Origin: a virus
DNA length: 64,000 bases
Virus record (IMG/VR): IMGVR_UViG_3300012920_000022
Coordinates: 32,001 to 96,000 of that record
Reading direction: 5' to 3' (one strand)
Shown: positions 18,131 through 28,363 of the stretch, piece after piece
Layout of the letters: the number at the start of each line of letters is the position of its first letter
How positions within the stretch are numbered: position 1 is the first letter of the stretch
Translations under genes and position numbers: made by a program
The notes under the pieces: generated by a model
The model's input: the letters and a program-made list of their open reading frames with translations, nothing else
Database searches by the model: none
Told to the model about the DNA's origin: nothing

Positions 18131-18916
18131 ATGAATTCTATTGTAAGCAAAAACGCTGGTGGTACAAGATATGAAATATTATCTACTCTATTATCCTTAC
18201 ATGGGTTTGACTCCATAGAATCTTTTCAAAATCATGCTGGATTATTATCGGATGGACTATACGGAATGAAAACCCATGAAAAATTGTATTCACATATACT
18301 CGATGTTGATCATGTAGAATTTGCTGGTCATTATTATATGCAAGAATTTCCAAAAAAACAAATTGTACTACATCATAGTGCTGGTAGAGATAATTCTAGA
18401 AGTATGTTTGATTATTGGAAAAATGATGGTGTTTATCATGTGGCAACATCCATAGGCATTAATGATGATGGTAAAGTGGTAAAAGGCTATGATGAAAGAC
18501 ATTGGGGACATCATATAGGTATGCAAAATATCTATAATTTGGCTCGTAATAGAGAATCCGTGGCGGTTGAAATATGTAATTGGGGTGCTTTAAATGATGA
18601 TATGGTTAGTTGGGCAGGAGTTAGAGTGCCTGAAGATAAGGTCATAGAACTCAATTATAAAAACATTAAATATTTTGAGAAATACACTCAAAAGGAAATA
18701 GATTCATTGGAATTATGGATAGTCATTAATGCTATTAGATTTGATATACCACTTGATTATAATGAGAATGATATGTGGAAGGTATCACAGAACGCTATTG
18801 CTGGAACTCCAGGTATATACACTCATAATAGCTATATATCATGGAAGAGTGATATAAGTCCACAACCTAATATGATAAATATGTTATCTGGTTTGAAAGA
18901 TAAATACCTTTCATAA
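18131..18916 (+). CDS. endolysin: peptidoglycan-binding domain plus N-acetylmuramoyl-L-alanine amidase (Amidase_2)
   Basis: FQNHAGLLSDGLYGMKT PG-binding motif; IVLHHSAG, SVAVEICNWG, YTHNS...KSDISP Zn ligands. Confidence 0.88.
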   Translation: MNSIVSKNAGGTRYEILSTLLSLHGFDSIESFQNHAGLLSDGLYGMKTHEKLYSHILDVDHVEFAGHYYMQEFPKKQIVLHHSAGRDNSRSMFDYWKNDGVYHVATSIGINDDGKVVKGYDERHWGHHIGMQNIYNLARNRESVAVEICNWGALNDDMVSWAGVRVPEDKVIELNYKNIKYFEKYTQKEIDSLELWIVINAIRFDIPLDYNENDMWKVSQNAIAGTPGIYTHNSYISWKSDISPQPNMINMLSGLKDKYLS

Positions 18917-18929
18917 TATGGTAACTTAA

Positions 18930-18980
18930 AACATTTTTACAGTTTAACATTTTTTTACAGTTTAACATTTTTACATTTTT
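18930..18980 (+). repeat. three imperfect T-rich tandem repeats in the SSB leader
   Basis: aacatttttacagttt / aacatttttttacagttt / aacatttttacattttt immediately before ATG 18984. Confidence 0.8.
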
Positions 18981-18983
18981 ATT

Positions 18984-20345
18984 ATGAATACAGAAGAACA
19001 AGAACTTTACGGTGACATAGACAAAATGTTTGAGGATTCAAGTGACATAAGCATTGGATCTCAAGGTGTGGTGCAAGGTGCAGGAGCTGTAGACCCCGAT
19101 TTATATACAGTTAGCTTAAACAATAATGACAAAATACCAAAAGATAAGAATGGGTCTCCATTCTATAATTCATTGGTGAGATTTGTTATGAACCCAAAGC
19201 TACACAATGGTAATTTTCTACATAGAATTACCAAATATGTGTATTATATGAAGGCATCTGGTGCCACTGACAATTCCCCTATTTGGTTAGATTGCCCAAG
19301 CACTATTGGTACTAATAAAAACCTCATGTCTGCCACTTTTTTTTATCTTAAAAATCTTGGTAGTAAACACTATTCAAACATTGCTTACTCTGATTTTTCC
19401 AGAAAGCTTTATAATTGGGCGATTATTTATATTGTTAAAGATGGTAACTTTCCGGATCTGGATAACACCTTTAAAGTGTTTAGATTCCCCAATACCATCA
19501 ATGACATGATAGATACCGAAGCTGCTGGTAATGAGCAATTTCAGCAACCTCCCGTGAATGTATTTCATCCCTTTTATGGTAAAAATCTATTATTGGATTT
19601 TCGTAGCAAAAAAATTAAAAATGATGATGGTCATGAAAGAACAGTATCCACATATGAGGGTAGTAAATTTGATGGCACTGTAAGCATGATACCAATACCT
19701 GGACTTGACTATCAAGTTTATCCTGTTATAGGTAATGGGCTATATTCTAAAGACCCCATTGAAAACGAAAAGTTTAAAGAACACAATAAGGTGGTTCAGC
19801 GAAAGCTTGGTAAATATATTCATGATAATGTACCGGATTTATCTAAATATTGTTATAAGGGATGGGATGATTCTACCGAAGAAATGATTATAGCATATAT
19901 CCAAGAAAGGATTTCTGACACCAAAGTCTACAAGGGTTTATTGAGACATTTTTATAGATCCAGATTATTTATCAGAAAATACACTAGCATAGAAAACGTA
20001 TTTGAAATGTCTGATAAAATTCAGTCTGATTATGGTGGGGTGGATGACATCGGTGATGAAGATAATGATACCGCAGCGAAGAGACCAGTTCATGATGATG
20101 AAGACATTAAAGATTTTAAGGCTTCATTGGAAAGTACTGGTGATGATGACTTACCAGATCTACCATTCGGAGATATGGATGATGAAACACCCAATAAACA
20201 AGAAAACACCCAAAATCAGCAAAATAATCCAAAACCATCACAAAATAGTCCAAACAAAACCAATCCAAATCCATCACAAAATTCAAGTGAAAACGATGAA
20301 GATTTTGATATAGGTAGTGATATAGACTGGTCTAGTGTTGGATAA
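18984..20345 (+). CDS. single-stranded DNA-binding protein (T4 gp32-like)
   Basis: LVRFV, DCPSTIG, IYIVKD..PDL....KVFRF, VFHPFYGKNL, TYEGSKF; long acidic tail; adjacent to primase. Confidence 0.8.
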   Translation: MNTEEQELYGDIDKMFEDSSDISIGSQGVVQGAGAVDPDLYTVSLNNNDKIPKDKNGSPFYNSLVRFVMNPKLHNGNFLHRITKYVYYMKASGATDNSPIWLDCPSTIGTNKNLMSATFFYLKNLGSKHYSNIAYSDFSRKLYNWAIIYIVKDGNFPDLDNTFKVFRFPNTINDMIDTEAAGNEQFQQPPVNVFHPFYGKNLLLDFRSKKIKNDDGHERTVSTYEGSKFDGTVSMIPIPGLDYQVYPVIGNGLYSKDPIENEKFKEHNKVVQRKLGKYIHDNVPDLSKYCYKGWDDSTEEMIIAYIQERISDTKVYKGLLRHFYRSRLFIRKYTSIENVFEMSDKIQSDYGGVDDIGDEDNDTAAKRPVHDDEDIKDFKASLESTGDDDLPDLPFGDMDDETPNKQENTQNQQNNPKPSQNSPNKTNPNPSQNSSENDEDFDIGSDIDWSSVG

Positions 20346-21454
20346 TGGAGTTTGATAAATTAGATGAAAATTCTATGGATGGTGTGAATGATACGCACAT
20401 CATCCATATATTACACAAATCCATAACCAATATATTAAAATCTAAATTTCCCACCGATTACGAAAAACAATCTATATCACATAGAACTAACAGAATTAAT
20501 TTTGCATGTCCCATATGTGGTGATAGTAGTACTAGTAGTACCAAAAAGCGTGGCAACATTTACATAGGTAATGGATTTAGGTATATGTGCTATAATATTT
20601 GTGGTAGTATGCCATTATCACAATTTTTTAGATCGTTAAATGTAGAGTTCCCATTTGATGATAGATCATTATTATACATATCAAGCTCCCATAATAACTA
20701 TATATCGCACAATATTTCCAATAATAGGAACAATAATTATTTTAAGAACTTATTAGAAATAGATAAGTATGCAATACCAATACCAATAATAGAAAAATTA
20801 TTTAACTTAAAAAAAATACAGGATGATAAGGTAGCATATGAATTTATCAAATCTAGAAACCAATTATCTTATATAAGTAACCTTAGATCAAATAAATATG
20901 GAATATATATACTCAATATGTTTGATGATAAAGTTATAAGTCTGCAAACCAGATACTACAAAGGTGATTATAGATATTTATCCAAAAGATATTCTAGAAT
21001 ATTAAAACATATGAATGTCGATTCATCGAAAATAGATCCTCAATATTTATCTATGATGGATAATTTATCCAATTATTATGGAATATTTGGTGTTGATTTT
21101 TCCAAATCAGTATATGTATTTGAGGGTGCGTTCGATTCCCACCATATACCAAATTCTATAGCCACATTATCTGCTAGTAATGATATAATTTTTGATAATG
21201 CAGTGTATTTTTTTGATAATGACGATGCTGGTAGAAAAAAATCCATAGCAAAATTAGAGAAAGGTCATAAAGTGTTTTTATGGAGTTCATTTCTCAATGA
21301 TCATGGTAATTATAATCCTATGAAACCCAGGGATTATCATAAAGATATATATGATGGAATGGATTTGGATGATATTATAAGATTAAATCTTTGTGATATA
21401 CCCACATTGTATAAATATTTTTCTAACGATATTAGCGATATGTTGTATGTATGA
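20345..21454 (+). CDS. DNA primase (T4 gp61-like)
   Basis: NFACPICGDS..KKRG Zn finger, CYN.CG, VYVFEGAFDS TOPRIM, FFDNDDAG. Confidence 0.9.
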   Translation: MEFDKLDENSMDGVNDTHIIHILHKSITNILKSKFPTDYEKQSISHRTNRINFACPICGDSSTSSTKKRGNIYIGNGFRYMCYNICGSMPLSQFFRSLNVEFPFDDRSLLYISSSHNNYISHNISNNRNNNYFKNLLEIDKYAIPIPIIEKLFNLKKIQDDKVAYEFIKSRNQLSYISNLRSNKYGIYILNMFDDKVISLQTRYYKGDYRYLSKRYSRILKHMNVDSSKIDPQYLSMMDNLSNYYGIFGVDFSKSVYVFEGAFDSHHIPNSIATLSASNDIIFDNAVYFFDNDDAGRKKSIAKLEKGHKVFLWSSFLNDHGNYNPMKPRDYHKDIYDGMDLDDIIRLNLCDIPTLYKYFSNDISDMLYV

Positions 21455-21611
21455 TAATCCAAATATAATAATATTACCCAATATATTTGATATAGATATT
21501 AGTTTTAGTGATGATGATATTAGTGATATTAGTGATGATGATATTATTAAATCCTCCAATACTAATGTGATTGAAATTATCGATGATACTAACAAAAATA
21601 GCATTTTTTAA
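21447..21611 (+). CDS. small acidic hypothetical protein
   Basis: MYDNPNIIILP...SDDDISDISDDDI; coupled to neighbours. Confidence 0.5.
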   Translation: MYDNPNIIILPNIFDIDISFSDDDISDISDDDIIKSSNTNVIEIIDDTNKNSIF

Positions 21612-22090
21612 TGGATAACGTAGAAAGTAATATCATTGATGGAATCAATGAACTAGCTGAAATAATAGATGAATGGGAATCATTATCTAAACTTAACATA
21701 GAGAAGAAACTTGATATATTATCTGGATATTTTACTAATATTGATCTGCTCCATGATAATAGGCATAAGTATTTTAAATTTAGGCAATCATTATTGAGCA
21801 AACAATATGATTATCAAACTACTTCTAACAAAATATCCAAAATATTTAATGAATATACGGATTATCGTAAAGTTAAATTAAAGAATCTCCTATCATCAGA
21901 TGATAAATCCATTAAACCAAGCAATCAAAAACAAAGAGATGACTATGTGACTATGGGTACCAATAATATAACCTATTATATCAATCAAATAGATCATATA
22001 ATAGGTTATATTATTGGTACTATAAAAAATGTAGATCACATGATGTATTCCATAGATTCTATTATAAAGCATAATGAAAAATATAGTTAA
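21611..22090 (+). CDS. recombination mediator UvsY-like helical protein
   Basis: Helical 159 aa with QRDDYV; T4-like position upstream of uvsW. Confidence 0.5.
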   Translation: MDNVESNIIDGINELAEIIDEWESLSKLNIEKKLDILSGYFTNIDLLHDNRHKYFKFRQSLLSKQYDYQTTSNKISKIFNEYTDYRKVKLKNLLSSDDKSIKPSNQKQRDDYVTMGTNNITYYINQIDHIIGYIIGTIKNVDHMMYSIDSIIKHNEKYS

Positions 22091-22099
22091 ATATTTTTC

Positions 22100-22330
22100 A
22101 TGACAGCATTTGAATTATGTCAAATTTATGATGGACAAAATTTTAGAGTTAAAGGAGGTATAGTTATATGGAATTTTATAAATTATAGATATAGAAATGA
22201 TAAATGTTTTGTTCAAAGGATAGTACCTGTAAGTGATTGGTATACTATCAAAAGTTCATATATTTCTCCTAATACCATGGTGGAGGTGGTAAAATTGAAC
22301 AGATCCAATGGTTTATATGAATTAATATAA
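22100..22330 (+). CDS. hypothetical protein
   Basis: 76-aa ORF in operon. Confidence 0.6.
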   Translation: MTAFELCQIYDGQNFRVKGGIVIWNFINYRYRNDKCFVQRIVPVSDWYTIKSSYISPNTMVEVVKLNRSNGLYELI

Positions 22331-22335
22331 ATATT

Positions 22336-23913
22336 TTGATGAATATGGTGAAAATTAATCTACATAAAGATAGAATAAATTTGATGATATTAACTGATAG
22401 TCCAGATACATCATCAAAATTGTTTGATCATTTTACCTTTAAAGAGAGCAATTGGAAGTTTTTAGCTAGAAAATACCCAGGTCACACTGGTGATGTTAGA
22501 TTTATAAAGTTCGCAAAAAAAGGTGAATTAACTAATTTAAAAACTTCCGTGGGATTTTATTATCATTTAATAAAATATTTGAATGATAATAATTTGCCAT
22601 ATGAAAGTGATGTATTGGAATCCATATATAGAAAGATTACAGATTTCCATTTTTTTTACAATAAATTGATAGAAAAAATGGGGTTTCAGTTTAGAGATAT
22701 GCAATACAACGCAGCTTTATCTGCATTGGAAAATGATTTTTGTATATTGCATCTGGATACTAATAGTGGTAAGACCTTTATCCTTTTTTCTATAGTAACT
22801 TATATGATATGGAAAAAAGAATGCAAACAAATATTAATAGTATGTACTGATTTGGGTTTAACTAAGCAAATGTTTGAAGATTTTGGGGAATATATGTCAG
22901 GTTTCCTAAATTATAAGGTATTAATCTGTCATGGTAAAGCTACTGTTAAATCATTTGAAGGTTACAAAGTCATCATATCCAATTTCCAGTATCTTGGTAA
23001 CAGAGATAAATCATTATTTAAAAATATATCACATGTGTTTTTTGATGAATGTGATTTATGTACTGCTAAAACATATGATAAAATAGTCAAAAAACTTCCA
23101 CCATCTGATAAAAGAATTGGTGTTACTGGAACACTACCATCTCCCAAATCCGTTAAATTCAACAAAATCAGAAAAAAGACTGGTGATGTAATGGCTAGAA
23201 TAAAAAAAGAAGACTTAATGGAGCTGGGATATTCTGCAAAACCCATAATAAAGGTTATTGAATTGGATTATTTATCTATAAACGATAGATTAGAAATATA
23301 TGATTGTAAAATCAATATAGAAGATGAAGACCAAATGTTTAGAGTAAAAATGTTGGAATCTTCTAAACTTAGAGATAGCCAACTTAGGTTAGATTATATA
23401 TCTAACCTAGCTGTAAACAGTATTGGTAATGGTGTTATATTTTGTTCTGATAAAAAATATGGATATGGTTTAAAAATAAAGGAATATTTATTATCTTTGA
23501 ATTCTGGTAAGGAAATATATTATGCTGATGGTGATACAAAATCATCTGATAGACAAACCTATACCAATAGAATGAGAACCGGAAATAACAGGATATTAAT
23601 AGTCACTTATAGTATTTGGGGTAGAGGTATATCTGTACCTAATCTATCATGGATAATCGCAGCAGAACCAAAGAAAAACGAAACTACCTTGGATCAGGCT
23701 ATGGGTAGAGGTGAGAGAATAAAGGATGGTAAAAATCACTATATATGGTATGATATAGTTGATAATTTTGATATAAATAAACAAAATTATCCTAGTTTAT
23801 ATGATGATGGTATCACATATAAGAGTTATATGATGAAAAACTTCTCCAATAGAAAATCATTCTATAAATCTAAAAATTGGGATATAGATATTCACGAAAA
23901 GGTTACCTTATAA
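22336..23913 (+). CDS. uvsW: SF2 DNA helicase UvsW-like
   Basis: FRDMQ Q-motif, TNSGKT, FFDECD, GVTGT, QAMGRGER, WYDIVD. Confidence 0.88.
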   Translation: MMNMVKINLHKDRINLMILTDSPDTSSKLFDHFTFKESNWKFLARKYPGHTGDVRFIKFAKKGELTNLKTSVGFYYHLIKYLNDNNLPYESDVLESIYRKITDFHFFYNKLIEKMGFQFRDMQYNAALSALENDFCILHLDTNSGKTFILFSIVTYMIWKKECKQILIVCTDLGLTKQMFEDFGEYMSGFLNYKVLICHGKATVKSFEGYKVIISNFQYLGNRDKSLFKNISHVFFDECDLCTAKTYDKIVKKLPPSDKRIGVTGTLPSPKSVKFNKIRKKTGDVMARIKKEDLMELGYSAKPIIKVIELDYLSINDRLEIYDCKINIEDEDQMFRVKMLESSKLRDSQLRLDYISNLAVNSIGNGVIFCSDKKYGYGLKIKEYLLSLNSGKEIYYADGDTKSSDRQTYTNRMRTGNNRILIVTYSIWGRGISVPNLSWIIAAEPKKNETTLDQAMGRGERIKDGKNHYIWYDIVDNFDINKQNYPSLYDDGITYKSYMMKNFSNRKSFYKSKNWDIDIHEKVTL

Positions 23914-26900
23914 TCTAATTGAATCTAATGAATCTCTCTTATACTTCATGGTAACTGATATGTCGAATGAAAATATATCATCATTTCTAACATTAATATC
24001 AAATCCCATTTTTTTGGTATATACTAAATTATTATTAGTATTATTTACTATTCCTCCTAAATTACCATTCCCAGAATTTCCTGACCCATCATAATCTGTA
24101 AATCTTGATTGAAATATTATGGGTATTCTTATCTTAAAAGAATCACCATTCTTTATTACTTTGGTGGAGTTATATGTGGCACTACCTATGGTTATTTGTT
24201 TTTCATCTTGTGGTGCCATAAACAAATAAGACCCACATGTATTTTTTCCTATTAAATATGTGTCATCATTCCCGAAACCTATTTTTCTTGGAAAATTTAA
24301 TTCAGTGGGACTACCAGAAGGTAATTTTTCTATTTGCCTATAGTTGAGTTGTTTATAATAATTCTCTTTTGTATCATCTAATTCAAAATATTTTGATTGA
24401 GAGAATACTGGATAGAAAAATCTTGAATTATTTAATATAACTGATGGTATGCCTCTAACTAATAGTCCATTTGAGTTAAAAGTATATGATGAAAACAAAT
24501 CATTATAGTTTTGCAAGAAATCACTACCAGATTGTAATTCTGGGTGGTCTATGTGAACGCAAAAATCCGTTATATTTCCATTGCCACTACCCAAACTATC
24601 ACCATTCCACACATATGGTCTATTTCCATTACCGTTGTTATCAAATGTTGGCATATAGAAATCATCTTTTTGGTCATTGGGTGTTATATATAAGCTATCT
24701 CCTAGAGTAATATCCCTATTTCTTGCATATATGAATTGACCTTTGGTTTGTGATGACTGGAATGCAGAGATATTTATATATGGATCTACTGCATTGTTGT
24801 ATTTGGATATCAATATATCATTATTGGCAGTATTCCTATATGATGCCGGAGTTTGCCAGTATTTTCTATATAACCTATATTCATCTTTGTTTATTAAATA
24901 ACCATCATAGTCTATTGATGGTAAATCCACTATTGGTAATTTTTCGTTTACTCCTGGTACATATGATAATAATTCTAGATCTGATGTATCTGTCAAATTT
25001 GATATTTCTATATAGTATATTTTTGATATTATTTGACCCTTTTTAACTTGTAATGTCTCTATTTCATCCACATAATATCCACCAAATATGCTGATTTCGG
25101 AGTTATTTGATACTGTAGCGAGTACATTGTCGTTTTCATCTATTATTTTAACCGACATTTCTGGTATAGATGATGTTACTAATGATTTTAATTCACTTAT
25201 TATACCCTCCATTTCCACTATTTTCTCTTCTAGTGTTTTTGGTCTATTATCTTTAATTTCGCTTGTTCCTATATTATTTGCAAAATGATAATAGGTTTTA
25301 CCAAGTACTTTGGTACTTTCTGATACATGATCATATACTCCTCTGTTAGTTAATTCAGTATTCAGTTCATTTTTTATTGATTCTATTAATGTGGAGTTGG
25401 TTATGTTGGGTGTTTCTGATAATATGCTTTCATCAAATGGTACATTCAGAGAATCAGACCAATCTGATTCTATGGGGGTTGGATATCCCACTTCACCAAT
25501 TGTTTTTACTCGTATTTCTACCTGCTCATTTTGAGTTATTGGTATGCTGATTTCATTTATATTTAGTTCATCAGCACTCTCTTGGTTGTCTATTACCCAA
25601 ATTACATTATTATTGCTATCAATCTGTCTGGTTTTAATAGGTGTATTAAAACTTATCCATTTTGATTTGTTGGCTTTTTGGGTGTTATCTTGATCATCAG
25701 TATATTTATATTCATTTGATTGTATAGAATTACCATCATTGGTTAAATATCTATACTGGATTTTCATACCTATTACTTCATATTTGTATTCTGGTAATGG
25801 TATAAATCCTTCTATTCTATATTTTGGTGAAAAATTATCTATATCTTGTATAGTTGCGTTTATTTCATCTATTAGTGAGCTGTAATCTGATTCTATTGCT
25901 GATAATCGATTTTGCTTATCTTGTAGATTTCTCCTATCTTTGTCTAATTCTTCTGTTGTGTCATATTCTGTTGTGGATATTCTAGTTTTCAGCGACTCTA
26001 TTTCAACCGATAATTCAGATATTTGTTCTTTTAATCTTATTTTTTCATTGTTTTTTTTCCTTAGTTCATCATTCTGAGTACCTTGCTTATGTCTGTTAAC
26101 TATGTTTATTGATAGACTATCAATTGATAGGTTTGGTGGTGCTGGTTTGTCATTTATATCAGTTGGTGGTATAAATGTGTTTTTAAGACTGTTACTAATA
26201 CCATTTTGATAGTCAATAACATTACTATTATCAAAATCGTTTAAATTCTGATTGTTTAAACTAAACATATCAGATGATATGGATATGCCTTCACCCCATT
26301 CATTTGGTACTATACCAAAATTTTTTATTATGGGTTTAATGAATATTATCATATATTCATTGTTGGCTATTTCAATTGGTAGTTTGGATTCGTTTATTTT
26401 CTGATATAGACCAAATATATTTGATCCTATTCTTATCGGGTCAAATCCTTCTATGAGTTTTAATGATACTTCATTAGTTTCTGGTATTATGTTAGTTATT
26501 TCATAACATGTTGTTTTTTCGTTATTGTAATCTATAACTAAACTATCACCAGAAGATAATAGTTTAGTCGATCCCCCATTATCAATATATTGTATTGTAT
26601 TTAATTTATAATATGTTCCATCGTTGGTTTTTCTAAACGATTCTACGGAAAATCTATTATTGGAATTAATGTTTAATACATCTATAAATTCTCTATATTC
26701 CAATAATTCAAATGATATATTATTTGTCGATAATTGGTCTATTTCTGATATATTTATGTCATTTCTACCTCTTATGTTTTCATCGAAATATAGTATATCA
26801 TTTGAATCGTTTAATAATAGCTTATATGATCTAATTAGATACTCATTTACATCATCGAGATATGGTAGATTGATGTTGAAATAAGTTTGTGGATATCTAG

Positions 26901-27273
26901 ATGATGTAAATGGTTTTTGGTTTTTAATGTTAAATTCATTACTTGTTGTTAGCGCATTAGATGGATTTTTTGGATATGGTAAGTTTGATTTTGTGAGAGA
27001 TCTTCTTATTCCATCGCTCCCCACCAATGATACATTCCTATATGATACACCAGATATCGCATCCATATTGCTTTCTACTACATTTAATCTTGATAGTAGA
27101 TAACCATATGATGGTATTTGGATTTCTGATTCTACACCATTTGCATCCTCATATACTACTACCAATGACTCATCATTGGTAGTTAATGAATTGCTAAATT
27201 GCTGAATCAATTCATTACTGTTTTTCTCTCTTCTAAGGATTTCCTTTATAAGACCATCTAAACTATTAGTCAT
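23908..27273 (-). CDS. large virion structural protein (baseplate wedge-like, coiled coil plus FN3-like)
   Basis: 1121 aa; central coiled coil, IQYRY...EIRVKTIGEVGYP..ESDWS; last gene of a structural operon. Confidence 0.6.
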   Translation of the reverse strand: MTNSLDGLIKEILRREKNSNELIQQFSNSLTTNDESLVVVYEDANGVESEIQIPSYGYLLSRLNVVESNMDAISGVSYRNVSLVGSDGIRRSLTKSNLPYPKNPSNALTTSNEFNIKNQKPFTSSRYPQTYFNINLPYLDDVNEYLIRSYKLLLNDSNDILYFDENIRGRNDINISEIDQLSTNNISFELLEYREFIDVLNINSNNRFSVESFRKTNDGTYYKLNTIQYIDNGGSTKLLSSGDSLVIDYNNEKTTCYEITNIIPETNEVSLKLIEGFDPIRIGSNIFGLYQKINESKLPIEIANNEYMIIFIKPIIKNFGIVPNEWGEGISISSDMFSLNNQNLNDFDNSNVIDYQNGISNSLKNTFIPPTDINDKPAPPNLSIDSLSINIVNRHKQGTQNDELRKKNNEKIRLKEQISELSVEIESLKTRISTTEYDTTEELDKDRRNLQDKQNRLSAIESDYSSLIDEINATIQDIDNFSPKYRIEGFIPLPEYKYEVIGMKIQYRYLTNDGNSIQSNEYKYTDDQDNTQKANKSKWISFNTPIKTRQIDSNNNVIWVIDNQESADELNINEISIPITQNEQVEIRVKTIGEVGYPTPIESDWSDSLNVPFDESILSETPNITNSTLIESIKNELNTELTNRGVYDHVSESTKVLGKTYYHFANNIGTSEIKDNRPKTLEEKIVEMEGIISELKSLVTSSIPEMSVKIIDENDNVLATVSNNSEISIFGGYYVDEIETLQVKKGQIISKIYYIEISNLTDTSDLELLSYVPGVNEKLPIVDLPSIDYDGYLINKDEYRLYRKYWQTPASYRNTANNDILISKYNNAVDPYINISAFQSSQTKGQFIYARNRDITLGDSLYITPNDQKDDFYMPTFDNNGNGNRPYVWNGDSLGSGNGNITDFCVHIDHPELQSGSDFLQNYNDLFSSYTFNSNGLLVRGIPSVILNNSRFFYPVFSQSKYFELDDTKENYYKQLNYRQIEKLPSGSPTELNFPRKIGFGNDDTYLIGKNTCGSYLFMAPQDEKQITIGSATYNSTKVIKNGDSFKIRIPIIFQSRFTDYDGSGNSGNGNLGGIVNNTNNNLVYTKKMGFDINVRNDDIFSFDISVTMKYKRDSLDSIRL

Positions 27274-27288
27274 TTGATTGATTGGTTA

Positions 27289-28128
27289 TTATGATACACC
27301 AGTGACATTTTTACTATCTATCACCAAGAATTTAAATATACCGCCACCAATGTTAGTCCACCTAATTTTTAGATAAGATTTTGTATCTACTGCGGTTGGT
27401 ACAAATTCTGGTGATACTGTGTTAGATATTATGGTTATACCAGTACCAGTGGGGTTAATATATGCAAATATTTCGTCTCCAGAAGTTCCATTATACAGTT
27501 TTTGATTTCCAGAAGTACTTGTAGTCAAGCAATGTAATTCAAATTCTTGACCTTCTGTTATATTAGATGTATCTAGATTCAATCCATCAGTTGATGTTAC
27601 GGCTGAATAGTTTAATAAAATAGTTGAATTATATTGAATATCCAATGGATTTGGTGCTGATGCACCAAAATTAGCGTCTGTTAGATCTATGGTATCTAAT
27701 TTTTTTATCACTTTGGTATTAGTGCCAGATAAATTTAAATTACCTGCTAATACTATCTCATTAACATTTAATATTTCTAATACATCCACTGTATTAAATA
27801 CAGATTTATCTGTATTTCCAGTACCATTGGCTATTAGTGATTTTGCTGTTAAATTACCAAGGTTATCTATGGTTAATATGTTACCAGCTCCTGCGGGTGA
27901 TACTGATATTACATTACCACTTTGACCAGTTATGGCTATAGTTGCAGCTTCTATACTGTTAGATGGTATAGAGAGAAAATTTGTCAACTTAAGCTTATTA
28001 TCTGTTATTGATAATAAGCTTAATTGATTATTTATAGTATTCTCTAATATATCATAATTTTGATTAAATAAATCAGGTGCGGATTTTATAGCTTCAGCCG
28101 AATTAATCCTGGTTAATGTTATGCTCAT
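27289..28128 (-). CDS. putative tail/baseplate fibre-associated protein
   Basis: T/S/N/G-rich; N-terminal FNQNYDIL fibre-type helix. Confidence 0.55.
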   Translation of the reverse strand: MSITLTRINSAEAIKSAPDLFNQNYDILENTINNQLSLLSITDNKLKLTNFLSIPSNSIEAATIAITGQSGNVISVSPAGAGNILTIDNLGNLTAKSLIANGTGNTDKSVFNTVDVLEILNVNEIVLAGNLNLSGTNTKVIKKLDTIDLTDANFGASAPNPLDIQYNSTILLNYSAVTSTDGLNLDTSNITEGQEFELHCLTTSTSGNQKLYNGTSGDEIFAYINPTGTGITIISNTVSPEFVPTAVDTKSYLKIRWTNIGGGIFKFLVIDSKNVTGVS

Positions 28129-28136
28129 TGTTTAAT

Positions 28137-28361
28137 CTATGTTTTAATTTTTTCTAAATTATCCATGGATCTTTGTATTAATCCAGATTTATATGACATA
28201 CCTTCGTTGTCTAATTCAGATATCCAACCCTGTAAAGTTGATAACATTGTATTTACCATGTCATTTGTGATATTTTCCGATATTTTTGGGCTAGTATCCT
28301 CATTGTCTTTGTCATCATCCCCACCATCTTCTTCATATAAATTTGTATTTATTGTTTTCAT
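28137..28361 (-). CDS. small acidic hypothetical protein
   Basis: 74 aa in the structural operon. Confidence 0.6.
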   Translation of the reverse strand: MKTINTNLYEEDGGDDDKDNEDTSPKISENITNDMVNTMLSTLQGWISELDNEGMSYKSGLIQRSMDNLEKIKT

Positions 28362-28363
28362 GG

